Translations under genes and position numbers: made by a program | Source of the DNA: a virus | Taxonomy: Duplodnaviria > Caudoviricetes | Strand: one strand, 5' to 3' | IMG/VR virus record: IMGVR_UViG_2585428004_000001 | Span: 1-64,000 of that record | Length of the DNA stretch: 64,000 bases | The notes under the pieces: generated by a model | Seen by the model: the letters and a program-made list of their open reading frames with translations, nothing else | Told to the model about the DNA's origin: nothing | Databases searched by the model: none | Shown: positions 1 through 9,504 of the stretch, piece by piece | Layout of the letters: each line of letters starts with the position of its first letter | Numbering within the stretch: position 1 is the first letter of the stretch

Positions 1-141
1 TCTAAGCTTGCACACACATTTTGTACAAAATCGCTGAAAAAATAAAAAAGTTTTCGACAAAAATCGACAATCAAAATAATAAACATTTTAAAAACATTGT
101 AATACCAATGGTTCAACCCACTTTTAAACGTGGAATTTACC

Positions 142-291
142 TGTGGATAACATTTTTTTAAAATTTATGATTCGCTTGACAAATTCGAAATACTTGTTCT
201 CCCTTGTGGCTCTAAGGCTGAAGGCCTCAAATTTTTTTATAATTTTTTTTAAACTTTTTTTCGATGGTTTTATTTAAGTGAGTTATCCACA
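142..291. promoter_or_regulatory. Two perfect DnaA-box 9-mers in opposite orientation
   Basis: TGTGGATAA at 142-150 and TTATCCACA at 283-291 in the non-coding first 480 bp; function not established. Confidence 0.45.
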
Positions 292-363
292 GGCATTTTT
301 AGCAAATGTAAACGCTTACAATCATGGTCATTTTATAAAACACTTTGAAGCCTTGTGGCTCTA
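202..363 (+). repeat. 13-bp direct repeat CCTTGTGGCTCTA
   Basis: Copies at 202-214 and 351-363. Confidence 0.8.
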
Positions 364-529
364 GGGATGAGCGTACATTTCGAGTCGGAAAAATACACCA
401 CTTTCTCCTATAGAAATTACGTGTGTGTGCATAGCGTAGAATCCACCTAAAAAATCCACTAAAACAAAACCATTAGAATTTAATGATTACAGTTGTGTGT
501 TTTTTAGAAAGTATGGTTAGATATGAGTG

Positions 530-990
530 TGCCAAGCAACACGGCAACAACAAAACAAAGCAAGAACAAGTTATCTTGAATGCTCACTGGAGCGGATAAC
601 ACTTGCATACATACACCTTACATAAGTAAAGCAGGCTCTCAAAACCATTTTGAAAGTGTAGGGATTGAATAGGAGTGACAGTTCTATGAAGTTCTTTGAA
701 AATCGAATAAGGTTAACAAACACGATAGCAAGTGTATAAATTGGCAGAGTGGTACACGGTATGCACTCACAAGGCTGTAAGAGGCGAGCCAGTAAAGTAA
801 TATCTCGACAGAACGTGAGATAGTAAGAACGAATAAAGGAGCATAGCGACTCTTTTGTGTAGGCTAACTATTGGAAAAACGGAGATATGAAACACCAGTA
901 ACCGTTGAGAACTTGAGTCTCAAGCGTTTCCAAGACCAATAACCGTTTGGTTTTTGGTTCAAGTGTTCAAGTCTTGAGCGTTTGAATGAA
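530..990 (+). ncRNA. Long structured leader or ncRNA with a boxB/boxA-like antitermination element
   Basis: No credible ORF; stems at 570-600, 669-687 and 958-986; GTTCTTTGAAAA at 691-702 matches the Bacillus rrn boxA. Confidence 0.5.
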
Positions 991-1029
991 AAACTAAACA
1001 AATTAACTAATGAACTGGAGAGATTTATA

Positions 1030-1782
1030 ATGACTAAATTTAACAATGAAGTACAAGCAAAGGCTTTCGAAAAGGCTAACAAATGCAAGGTATCAATGAA
1101 AGATATTTCAATGGCACTAAGCGAAGGTAACAAGAAACTAAAAGATAACAAGGTAGTAGCATTCTATCAATGGAATATCACAAGCGTTGTAACATGTCCT
1201 TTCAGAACTGAATTGTGTGAGAAATCTTGCTACGCTCTTAAGGCTGAAAAGATGTATCCAACAGTTAACACTAGACGACAAATGAACCTTGAGTTCTCAA
1301 AATCTAACGAGTTTGTGAGCGCTATGATTGAACAAATCGAGTTCGAACTGGCTCGCAAAAAGAACAAAGGTAAAACAGTGTTCTTCAGAATTCACGAGGC
1401 AGGCGACTTTTATTCATACGAATACCTTGTAAAATGGCATGAAATCGCTCAACACTTCAAAGGTAACAGAGCGATTGTATTCATGGCATACACAAAATCA
1501 TTACCATTCGTGAAAACTCTGTACAAGAATGTAGGAAAAGAAAATGTAAACATCACATTCAAGTCAAGCGTATGGGAGGATACAAAGCCAAAATTTTTAC
1601 AGATGACAAAAGAATTGGGAATGAGTATCTTCACAGCAGAAAAGGCAGGCACACTAGAAGAAAAGGGAATGTTTGCTTGTCCATCTAGTGAAGCTTTCAA
1701 GAACACACCAAAAGAAAAGGATTGTGGAGAATGTAAAGTTTGCTATCTTGCAAATGTAGACGTAGCAATTGAAATCCACTAA
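1030..1782 (+). CDS. gp88-like (radical-SAM-like) protein
   Basis: TCP-x5-C-x3-CYA and FRIHEAGDFYS motifs; C-terminal CxxCxxC; RBS GGAGAG before ATG 1030. Confidence 0.65.
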   Translation: MTKFNNEVQAKAFEKANKCKVSMKDISMALSEGNKKLKDNKVVAFYQWNITSVVTCPFRTELCEKSCYALKAEKMYPTVNTRRQMNLEFSKSNEFVSAMIEQIEFELARKKNKGKTVFFRIHEAGDFYSYEYLVKWHEIAQHFKGNRAIVFMAYTKSLPFVKTLYKNVGKENVNITFKSSVWEDTKPKFLQMTKELGMSIFTAEKAGTLEEKGMFACPSSEAFKNTPKEKDCGECKVCYLANVDVAIEIH

Positions 1783-1882
1783 AACAAAACCATTGCAATA
1801 ACTGGCTAGTAGGCAGGGGAATTCTTGCCTGCAATCGAGTTATTGACTCGGCAAAAAAACTTATAAAGGCAGGTAATCAAGG

Positions 1883-2548
1883 ATGAAAAAATTATTGAAA
1901 GTATTAGTAGCAATTATGGTAATGGCAACAAGTGTGGGAATGTTTGCAAGCCCAACAAAAGAAGTACAGGCAGAAAACAATTACAAAGAACAAGCACAAA
2001 AAAATATTACAGTGGTACACACAATTGTAGACTACACAGAAAAAGGATTAGCGTACACTTTACCAATTGACGACAACGATGCAATTGATGGTTACATCTT
2101 AGTAGAGGCAAAAAATTATGAGCAGGGTGCAATTGTAACAGTGACGATGGATGGACTGGGAGAAATTGTGAACGATGAGTACACGCTGAACGAAGAACTA
2201 AGCACACTGTACGATAGATTTAGGGATGTTATCGACTCATACGAGGAATCGTTTGAGTACGAAGCATTCAAGTCTAATGACTTGGAAGATGAGAACAGAA
2301 ACAAAGAAGGATACGTGCAAGCTGAGGATGGTTCATGGGTTAAAGAAAGCTTCTACGATGAAGGAGCAGGAGTCGAAACGAAAACACTTAACATCGAACT
2401 TAATGATGGTGAATGGGCATATGGTCAAGATTCAGAAGGATATGAGTATGCAATAGCTAGTGACAGAGTAAAAGAAGGTCAAGTGGTAGAAGTAACAGTA
2501 AATGAATTTGGCGAAGTCTTCACGGTGGACGTGGTGCAAAGTATTTAA
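1883..2548 (+). CDS. Exported acidic hypothetical protein
   Basis: Signal-peptide-like N-terminus MKKLLKVLVAIMVMA. Confidence 0.7.
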   Translation: MKKLLKVLVAIMVMATSVGMFASPTKEVQAENNYKEQAQKNITVVHTIVDYTEKGLAYTLPIDDNDAIDGYILVEAKNYEQGAIVTVTMDGLGEIVNDEYTLNEELSTLYDRFRDVIDSYEESFEYEAFKSNDLEDENRNKEGYVQAEDGSWVKESFYDEGAGVETKTLNIELNDGEWAYGQDSEGYEYAIASDRVKEGQVVEVTVNEFGEVFTVDVVQSI

Positions 2549-2696
2549 AGGCGAAAAAAATTGTAGGAGTGATGGAGAATGGCAAAGGCAATTAAATGGG
2601 CAAAAAAATTCTTCACGAAGAAATCAAGCGTTGAGCAACAAATCAGCGCTTGGGATGAGTTCAACAAAAAATATGGAATGTAAGGGGAAATTACAC

Positions 2697-3038
2697 ATGA
2701 AAAAAATTATCAAGTCAATCACAAATGCATTAGCAAAGGCACAAGAAAAAAATAGAGGAGTCGCAACACTTCGCTACGATGTAGTAAAGCGAGCAATCGA
2801 GCGTGAAGAATTTGAAAAAATGATTTGTGCATATCACTACACTGACGACTATGTTTGGGATAGCGTGAACAACTTTGGTCAAGGGGAAGTAAGCAAGGAG
2901 TCATTGTTACAAAAGTTTGGTTGGTTGACTCCTTCATGTTGGGTTCAAGTGAAGGATATCGAAGGAAAAAAATATTACGAGGTTAGCGTATCGTTTCATA
3001 GTAATCTAGCGTATGATTTGTTTATACCAGTTGCCTAA
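2697..3038 (+). CDS. Hypothetical protein
   Basis: RBS AAGGGG before ATG 2697 within track ORF 2502..3038. Confidence 0.7.
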   Translation: MKKIIKSITNALAKAQEKNRGVATLRYDVVKRAIEREEFEKMICAYHYTDDYVWDSVNNFGQGEVSKESLLQKFGWLTPSCWVQVKDIEGKKYYEVSVSFHSNLAYDLFIPVA

Positions 3039-3080
3039 TTTAAAAGCGAAAAAATTCTAAACGAAAAGGGGAAATAAAAA

Positions 3081-3440
3081 ATGATGGAAATGATGAATAA
3101 AAAAGTTAATCGCTTAGAAAAAATTGTTGCAAGATACAATGATAGTTACAATCGTTTTGACTGGGAAACAGGCTTGTATGAAAATATGGAATGGAAAGCG
3201 TGTGCTGTACAAGGTAAAAAATTAATCATGCAACTTATTGGCGAGATGGACAGGAAGGAATTAGTAGCTGTAAATATATTCTCTCTATTTGTGAATAAAG
3301 AGAATTGGATTCCTCATCCAGAAAAGGATATAAGAGGCGATGGATTTGGGAATTTATTTCATGAGGCTGTAAACAAATTAGGCGTACCATTTAATCTTAG
3401 AGATAATGGTTATGGTGGCAAAACTTATACGTTAACTTAA
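3081..3440 (+). CDS. Hypothetical protein
   Basis: ORF with RBS, in a gene run. Confidence 0.7.
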   Translation: MMEMMNKKVNRLEKIVARYNDSYNRFDWETGLYENMEWKACAVQGKKLIMQLIGEMDRKELVAVNIFSLFVNKENWIPHPEKDIRGDGFGNLFHEAVNKLGVPFNLRDNGYGGKTYTLT

Positions 3441-3489
3441 TGAAAGTGTGTTATATAGCGAAAAAGAATTATTATAAGGGAGAAAAAAT

Positions 3490-3747
3490 ATGATGGTCAG
3501 CACACTAACAGACGTTAAAAAGGAAATAAAAACTTTAGATGTAACATTCATTGAGTTAACTATGGATGCGTTTGGCGAAGGATGCAACGTTCATGCAACA
3601 GTCTCACACAGCAAGAACAGACGTACAAAATACTTCACATTAAGTGAGGAAGAAAAAATTTACAAAGGTGAAGCAAGACGTAAGCGAGTAAAAGAATCCC
3701 TTGAGAAACAGGGGTATAAAGTTATAATTGGGAATATATACGAATAA
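3490..3747 (+). CDS. Hypothetical protein
   Basis: RBS AAGGGAG. Confidence 0.7.
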   Translation: MMVSTLTDVKKEIKTLDVTFIELTMDAFGEGCNVHATVSHSKNRRTKYFTLSEEEKIYKGEARRKRVKESLEKQGYKVIIGNIYE

Positions 3748-3767
3748 AAAAAATGGAGGTAACGGCA

Positions 3768-3971
3768 ATGAAATCAGATGTTTGTAAAATAGTCCCAATA
3801 ACGGTTAATGGTGAGGAAAAAATTTACATAACAGATGCACCTTATGAAATGATATCAAAATGTTTTCTATCATCATTTGACTTCTATGATTTTTTAAAAG
3901 AAATTAAAATTTCAAACTACAATATCCGTAAATACACACCATCTATGTCATTAAATTTTGACGAAAAATAA
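3768..3971 (+). CDS. Hypothetical protein
   Basis: RBS GGAGGT before ATG 3768. Confidence 0.65.
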   Translation: MKSDVCKIVPITVNGEEKIYITDAPYEMISKCFLSSFDFYDFLKEIKISNYNIRKYTPSMSLNFDEK

Positions 3972-3992
3972 ATTTAAAGGGGAGAAAAAATT

Positions 3993-4379
3993 ATGTTAAC
4001 AATTCAATGTACTGCATGTAATGGGGCTGGAGATAATAAATTTGTAGAAGGTAAAGGATGGACACAAGAATGTAAAGCCTGCTTTAATGGCTATGTAGAT
4101 GCTCCAGAGGATATGAAAGTATATGTGAGCGTGTACAAGGTTACTAGAGAATTTGGAGGACATGAAGAAGGCGGCTGGTGGTTTGACTGGTACAAATGCC
4201 TTGAAACAATTCCTTGCAAAAATAAATTTTCAGATGAAATTAAAGAAGATTTATTGAAAGAATATAATGATGTTAAACATGGAGATATTTCTTTTGTACT
4301 AGGTGGCGCTGATGTGCAAGTATTTATTGAGCGTAGACCTGCTGAGAATGAAACAAGAGAAAGACCTATGTATGAATAA
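3993..4379 (+). CDS. Hypothetical protein with a DnaJ-type CxxCxGxG zinc motif
   Basis: CTACNGAG...CKACFNG; RBS present. Confidence 0.7.
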   Translation: MLTIQCTACNGAGDNKFVEGKGWTQECKACFNGYVDAPEDMKVYVSVYKVTREFGGHEEGGWWFDWYKCLETIPCKNKFSDEIKEDLLKEYNDVKHGDISFVLGGADVQVFIERRPAENETRERPMYE

Positions 4380-4399
4380 GGAATGGAGGGAATAAAAAA

Positions 4400-4573
4400 A
4401 TGTACATGCTAGATGATGTAAGAGATAGTTATATAAAAAGATTATTGGAATTATGGGACAAAGATAATATGCTTGTATTCACGAAAGAAGCAAATGACAT
4501 GTATGAAAATTATGGCGAGACAACAGCGGATGAAGTTATGCTAATGTTTAAAAATAAGCTACAGAATAGGTGA
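4400..4573 (+). CDS. Small hypothetical protein (57 aa, below track cutoff)
   Basis: GGAGGG RBS; MYMLDDVRDSY...KLQNR. Confidence 0.6.
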   Translation: MYMLDDVRDSYIKRLLELWDKDNMLVFTKEANDMYENYGETTADEVMLMFKNKLQNR

Positions 4574-4583
4574 AAAATAATTC

Positions 4584-4612
4584 TTTACTGTAATACTGTT
4601 ACAGTGTATAAT
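4584..4612 (+). promoter_or_regulatory. SigA-type promoter with a 19-bp palindromic operator in the spacer
   Basis: TTTACT-17-TATAAT; ACTGTAATACTGTTACAGT at 4587-4605. Confidence 0.75.
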
Positions 4613-4644
4613 GAACTCAGAACAATAAAGGGAGAGATTTTAAA

Positions 4645-4962
4645 ATGGAATTAACTACAAAAGTATATGTGATTAAAGAAAATATGATTTACGTGATTAC
4701 AAGAATGCGACAAATAGCAGATAGCACTGGGTTAGGATTCACGTATGATTTAGATTTAGTTGCAGGGTATGACTATATAAATACTGATGAAAGCAATGTT
4801 CAAGGCTTTATACCTGCAAATAATTTCATTGATGAAGTACAGTGGGACATAATAAATGTATACCCACTTGAGGAATCATTAGGTGAGCGATTAAAAGAAG
4901 AAGGTTACACGGTTATCGATATCAGTAAATATAAAATTCATGAATCTAAATTAGAAGATTAA
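4645..4962 (+). CDS. Hypothetical protein
   Basis: RBS AAGGGAG. Confidence 0.7.
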   Translation: MELTTKVYVIKENMIYVITRMRQIADSTGLGFTYDLDLVAGYDYINTDESNVQGFIPANNFIDEVQWDIINVYPLEESLGERLKEEGYTVIDISKYKIHESKLED

Positions 4963-5059
4963 GCTGAAACAGGGAGGAAAAATTTCCCTGTCATCGCATG
5001 GTGATGCATGTGGTCTGATGATGGCAGTCACCGTTAATATATGAATGGGAGAGAATGAA

Positions 5060-5446
5060 ATGAAAAAGGAAAAATTAAAATTAAGACCATGGGTTAAGAT
5101 GACACTTGCATTCGTTGTTGGTGTGTCAATCATCTCGAATATCTTTTCTATCTTTGGTACATCTGCTTCTACAGATGATAACATGGAAGAAAAAATTATA
5201 GCGCATGGCATTATTGAAGTAAATGTAAATGGTGAATCATATCTTAAGATGATTGATAAGGTACACGGCTCTGATGTGGTAGTTAAAACAAAAGAGGAGT
5301 ATAACGCAGGTCAAATAATAACTGTGGAACTAGAAGGGAATAGGGTTGTTAGCGATAAAATAACAGAAGGCGAAGAACTGGAAAAGCTTTATCAAAGGTA
5401 TAATGATTTGATTGAAGAGTACAACGCATCAATTAAAAATAAATAA
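5060..5446 (+). CDS. Membrane-anchored hypothetical protein
   Basis: N-terminal TM segment after LKLRPWVK; resembles the 1883 ORF in places. Confidence 0.7.
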   Translation: MKKEKLKLRPWVKMTLAFVVGVSIISNIFSIFGTSASTDDNMEEKIIAHGIIEVNVNGESYLKMIDKVHGSDVVVKTKEEYNAGQIITVELEGNRVVSDKITEGEELEKLYQRYNDLIEEYNASIKNK

Positions 5447-5588
5447 GGCAAAAAATTTTTTGACATTCAACTGTAATGCTGTTATAGTATTACGTGAGGG
5501 GATAATAAATCCTCTCTTGAATGAATTAAGAATTTTTTAATTTAATAATAGATAAAATCATCATTTTATTATGAGAGGGGAAATAAAT

Positions 5589-5774
5589 ATGTATTATGAA
5601 ATCAACGTATCTTTAAAGGGAATGCACTTCTTCGCTACAGCAGAGAGAAGTATCAACACACCATGCAAGCTTGAAGCGGTGGTAAATGTATTTCGTGAAA
5701 AATTTCCAGAGAGCGAAGGTTTTAAAATTAGCGTTACTGAATGGCGTAAACAAGGTAAAATTATTGAAATTTAA
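5589..5774 (+). CDS. Hypothetical protein
   Basis: RBS GAGGGG; preceded by the site ATAAAATCATCATTTTAT. Confidence 0.7.
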   Translation: MYYEINVSLKGMHFFATAERSINTPCKLEAVVNVFREKFPESEGFKISVTEWRKQGKIIEI

Positions 5775-5867
5775 AAAAATTAAATTTAATGCTTGACTAT
5801 AACACTGTTACAGTGATAACATGTAATTAACTTAAAAAAAACCATTAAAAAAGGGAGTTTGGCGACT

Positions 5868-6965
5868 ATGAAAAAATCAAGTGTAAATTGGATGGTAAAA
5901 CAATTTATGGGTATGGTAAATAAAGGAACTATCAGTTTTGATTATCCTATTCAACGTGCAGGTGGTCAATGGGACTTAATGCAAAAATCATTATTAATTC
6001 ATTCATTAGCAGGAGATTATCCAGTACCTGCATTATATAGCCTTATCGAAAAACAAATGATGGAAGTTAAAGGTAAAGAAAAAGAAGTGTCGGTGTACTT
6101 AATTCTTGATGGAAAACAGCGTTTAACAAACATCTCTGGCTTCTTAAATGACGAGTACGCTTTACACGAAGAAACTCCAAGTGTTGAAATTGATGATGAA
6201 GAATATGTATTAGCAGGAAAACATTTCAGTGAGTTAGATGAAGAAGTTCAAGATAAAATCAATAGCTTCTCACTTCAGATTTATAAATTCGATGAAGTAA
6301 CTGATGAAGAAATTGAGGACATGTTCTATCGCTTAAATAATGGTACGCCATTAAGTAAACAACAAAAAGCTAAAGCTAAGATGGGTAATGCTTGGGCAGG
6401 TAAAATTAAAGAATTAGTAAACCATAACATGATGACTGAAAAAGCTTCATTCACAGAATTACAATTAAGAAAAGCTGATAATGAAACTGCACTTCTTCAA
6501 ACTATGATGTTAATTGATGACAACTATGAGTGGAAATCTATTTCATCTAACGATGTATTCGATTATGCTCAATCATTCAAGAATGATGATAGCAAGGATG
6601 CAATCATTGAAAAAATTGTAGCTACTATGGATTACTTAGACAAAGCATTCGATGGAAAAGAATCTGTACTGCTTAAGAAAGTACACTTCCCAATGACAAT
6701 GTTAACAGCTATGAAGGCTATGGAAATGGATATTCATCATTTACGCTTCTCTGATTGGAAAGAAGAATTCAAGAAAGCATTAAAGCATAAGAGTGAGATT
6801 CGCACGAACTACAAAAACTATGGTGGTGCAGGTAGCGTTAAGAAAGAGAAAACAAATGGTCGAATCAATGCAATGCAAGAACATTTAAATGCATACTTTG
6901 AAAAGTTCCAACCAACTAAAGCAGAGCAACTTAAAGAAGAACAGGCAGAGCAACCAATAGCGTAA
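5868..6965 (+). CDS. DUF262 (ParB/Srx-like, GmrS-type) domain protein
   Basis: IQR..W, LIHS...YPVP, ILDGKQRL and FYRLNNGTPL motifs. Confidence 0.85.
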   Translation: MKKSSVNWMVKQFMGMVNKGTISFDYPIQRAGGQWDLMQKSLLIHSLAGDYPVPALYSLIEKQMMEVKGKEKEVSVYLILDGKQRLTNISGFLNDEYALHEETPSVEIDDEEYVLAGKHFSELDEEVQDKINSFSLQIYKFDEVTDEEIEDMFYRLNNGTPLSKQQKAKAKMGNAWAGKIKELVNHNMMTEKASFTELQLRKADNETALLQTMMLIDDNYEWKSISSNDVFDYAQSFKNDDSKDAIIEKIVATMDYLDKAFDGKESVLLKKVHFPMTMLTAMKAMEMDIHHLRFSDWKEEFKKALKHKSEIRTNYKNYGGAGSVKKEKTNGRINAMQEHLNAYFEKFQPTKAEQLKEEQAEQPIA

Positions 6966-7084
6966 AATCTCAAGTGCCTTGGATAGTGTTCAAGGCGTTT
7001 GAAAAATAACGTAAAACAAATTCATTAAATTTTATTGACAGCATTTTAGATAATTGATAAACTATATAAGTGGGAGAGATTACC

Positions 7085-7621
7085 ATGAACAAATTAGAAC
7101 TGAAAGAACAAATCACAAAGCTTGCTGAATTAATTTATACAAACCTGCATAAGCTTGAATATTCAAATCAATTTTCTTCAAGGGCAAAAGAATTTTTAAA
7201 TAGCGATGAGTTAAAACAAATCCATCGAATCGCATATACTGCATCAGCTTATAAGGGAGAGAATAGAGAATCTCTTGAGCATATTTTAACAGTGGCAAAA
7301 AATTTAATGGAGTATAGTAACTCGGCTGTAGATTCATCAAAACATACATATGAAGCTTATGGTGTTGAATTCTTAGAGCATGAAAATGAATATGCAGGCA
7401 TTTGCTCTGTGAAGCCAGGATTGGATTGGAAGAAGGCTATGTTCGTTATCAGTCATCATTTTGGGAAAAAAATAGTATTCATGGTTCGAGAAACTAATAG
7501 CTTTGAAGTCGCTCTTATGAATCGTTGGAAGATGCCAGTAGAGGATTCAAATATAACAGGATATCATAAGTGCGTAATGTCGGTAGTGTGGCAAATGGCT
7601 AGAGCCTACAAAGGTAGATGA
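7085..7621 (+). CDS. Hypothetical protein
   Basis: ORF with RBS GGGAG and an upstream TTGACA promoter. Confidence 0.7.
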   Translation: MNKLELKEQITKLAELIYTNLHKLEYSNQFSSRAKEFLNSDELKQIHRIAYTASAYKGENRESLEHILTVAKNLMEYSNSAVDSSKHTYEAYGVEFLEHENEYAGICSVKPGLDWKKAMFVISHHFGKKIVFMVRETNSFEVALMNRWKMPVEDSNITGYHKCVMSVVWQMARAYKGR

Positions 7622-7655
7622 AATCTATAACCAGTGTGTAGAACGGGAGAAAAAA

Positions 7656-8006
7656 ATGTTAGCAGTGCAAAATGAATTAGCAAAACAATTAGCAGACCAT
7701 ATCATTCTGAATATCTGGAATGTTAGAGAAGCATTTATGAGTCTTAATGATGTATCAAATTTCCTAAAAGAAAAATTGGGAGATGAGTATACAAGCGAGT
7801 TATCAGTAGCAGTAAAAGAAATACTGAAGAATGATGATAGCCTCGATTTCTTCCGTGAGGGGACATATATCCATCAGCAAAAGTATTATCATAGCGCAGG
7901 GAACTGGATTGCACCAAAAGGAAAGTATCAAAATCCAGTCGAAGCTAAAGAAAAGCTGAAGTGGTATTCATGGCAGGAATCGGATGATATAGATGATTTA
8001 GATTAA
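7656..8006 (+). CDS. Hypothetical protein
   Basis: RBS GGGAG. Confidence 0.7.
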   Translation: MLAVQNELAKQLADHIILNIWNVREAFMSLNDVSNFLKEKLGDEYTSELSVAVKEILKNDDSLDFFREGTYIHQQKYYHSAGNWIAPKGKYQNPVEAKEKLKWYSWQESDDIDDLD

Positions 8007-8029
8007 TAGATAATGTGGGAGGCAGGACG

Positions 8030-8680
8030 ATGAGTATTTTAAAGGCAAAAAAATTATGGGTGTCAGTTGGTATAGTTGTTGGGTTGGTAGCATCTTTCAC
8101 TCTAGGTTCTAGCGGTGCAAAGGTTACAATTGGGGAAGAGAAAGTAAATTATAATCAGCTAGTATCTAAGATTGATAAGAAAGAAAAAGAACTGGATTAT
8201 ACGAAAGACAAAGTGAAAAAAGGAATCGCAGATGAGCAAAAGAAATTGGACGAAAAAAAGTCAGATGTAACTGAAACTCTGGCAATGGTTCAAAAGAAAA
8301 ATGAATTGTCTGCAGAGATTGAAAAGCTAGGCAAGGATACAGAGTCCAAGAAGGGCGAAGTAAGCAAGCTAGATGGCGATATTAATGGCAAGAAAGCTGA
8401 ATTAGAGAAGCTTACAGAAGGCGTTAAGACTAAGCAAGAAGAGCCTAAAACATTAATTGCAGGTGAGTACATTGTAGGAAAAGATATTCCTGCAGGTCGC
8501 TACAAAGCTACTGCAACAGGTCGAGGAAGTAACTTCTTCGTATACGATAAGAGTGGCAGAGCAGTCGTAAATACAATTCTGGGTAATAGTTCTGTTGGTC
8601 GAGGAGATTATGTATTCTTCTGTGAGGCAGGAAACATTATCAAAACAGGAGAGCAGGTAAAACTTATTCCAGTGGAATAG
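8030..8680 (+). CDS. Membrane-anchored coiled-coil protein with a C-terminal GxYxVGKDIPAGRY domain
   Basis: N-terminal TM, K/E-rich coiled coil and a recurrent Firmicute surface-domain motif. Confidence 0.75.
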   Translation: MSILKAKKLWVSVGIVVGLVASFTLGSSGAKVTIGEEKVNYNQLVSKIDKKEKELDYTKDKVKKGIADEQKKLDEKKSDVTETLAMVQKKNELSAEIEKLGKDTESKKGEVSKLDGDINGKKAELEKLTEGVKTKQEEPKTLIAGEYIVGKDIPAGRYKATATGRGSNFFVYDKSGRAVVNTILGNSSVGRGDYVFFCEAGNIIKTGEQVKLIPVE

Positions 8681-8728
8681 TTGATATAAAAGGGAGAAAA
8701 TTTTTTCTCCCCAAACAATTGACCAGTC

Positions 8729-8747
8729 ACTGTAATAGTGTTACAGT
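8729..8747. promoter_or_regulatory. 19-bp palindromic operator upstream of the XRE gene
   Basis: (TC)ACTGTAATAGTGTTACAGT(GA). Confidence 0.7.
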
Positions 8748-8813
8748 GAAAAGGATGGATTTTACATATTTTGTCGTACACATTGGGGAATCTAAATGTG
8801 GGGAATGATATAA

Positions 8814-9128
8814 ATGAAGTTGAGTGTAGGAGCAAAATTAAAACTACTAAGAAATCTGAAGCCTTGGGTTAGTCAAGCGGACGTTGCAAGAGAAATTGGC
8901 GTTTCTAGACAGTTATATAATGGATATGAAAATGGCAAGTTCGAACCAACGTTGCAAAATTTAAAGGCTCTGTCACAGTATCATGGTATTCCAATTGATG
9001 ACATTGTAGAGAATGACATTTCTAAAATAGATTGTGAGAAAGCCTTGATAATTAAGGCAGAAGCTAGTGATAATCTGTCACAGGAAGAAAAGGATAAGTT
9101 TATTAATTTGTTGAAAAAGATAGTGTGA
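8814..9128 (+). CDS. XRE-family HTH transcriptional regulator
   Basis: SQADVAREIGVSRQLYNGYENGKFEP. Confidence 0.9.
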   Translation: MKLSVGAKLKLLRNLKPWVSQADVAREIGVSRQLYNGYENGKFEPTLQNLKALSQYHGIPIDDIVENDISKIDCEKALIIKAEASDNLSQEEKDKFINLLKKIV

Positions 9129-9134
9129 GGGAGA

Positions 9135-9464
9135 TTGATGATGAGAAGTATCCCAGAAGAAAACTGGCTATATCAAGATGAGAATGGAGTTGTTACAGAT
9201 TACTATGGCAACGTACTTGTAGAATTAGGTCATGCTATGGTCTCAAGCAATATGTATGTATACGCTGAATTAAAGAACCCTAAGTGGTATCATAGATTGC
9301 TATTTAATCCTCGTAAAATTGAGTTGGAAGAATGTTATAAACTGCGCTATGTAACAGAAGGAATGCATGCTTACATGGTGTTGGATAGAATTCATACACT
9401 TTCAGATGCGATTAGAGTTTATAATCCCAAAAAAGGATATGAGTACAATATTGGATACAAATAA
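9135..9464 (+). CDS. Hypothetical protein
   Basis: RBS GAGGGAG. Confidence 0.65.
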   Translation: MMMRSIPEENWLYQDENGVVTDYYGNVLVELGHAMVSSNMYVYAELKNPKWYHRLLFNPRKIELEECYKLRYVTEGMHAYMVLDRIHTLSDAIRVYNPKKGYEYNIGYK

Positions 9465-9504
9465 TTAATTAATAATATCGGACTTTTATTAGGAGGTGTA
9501 ACAG

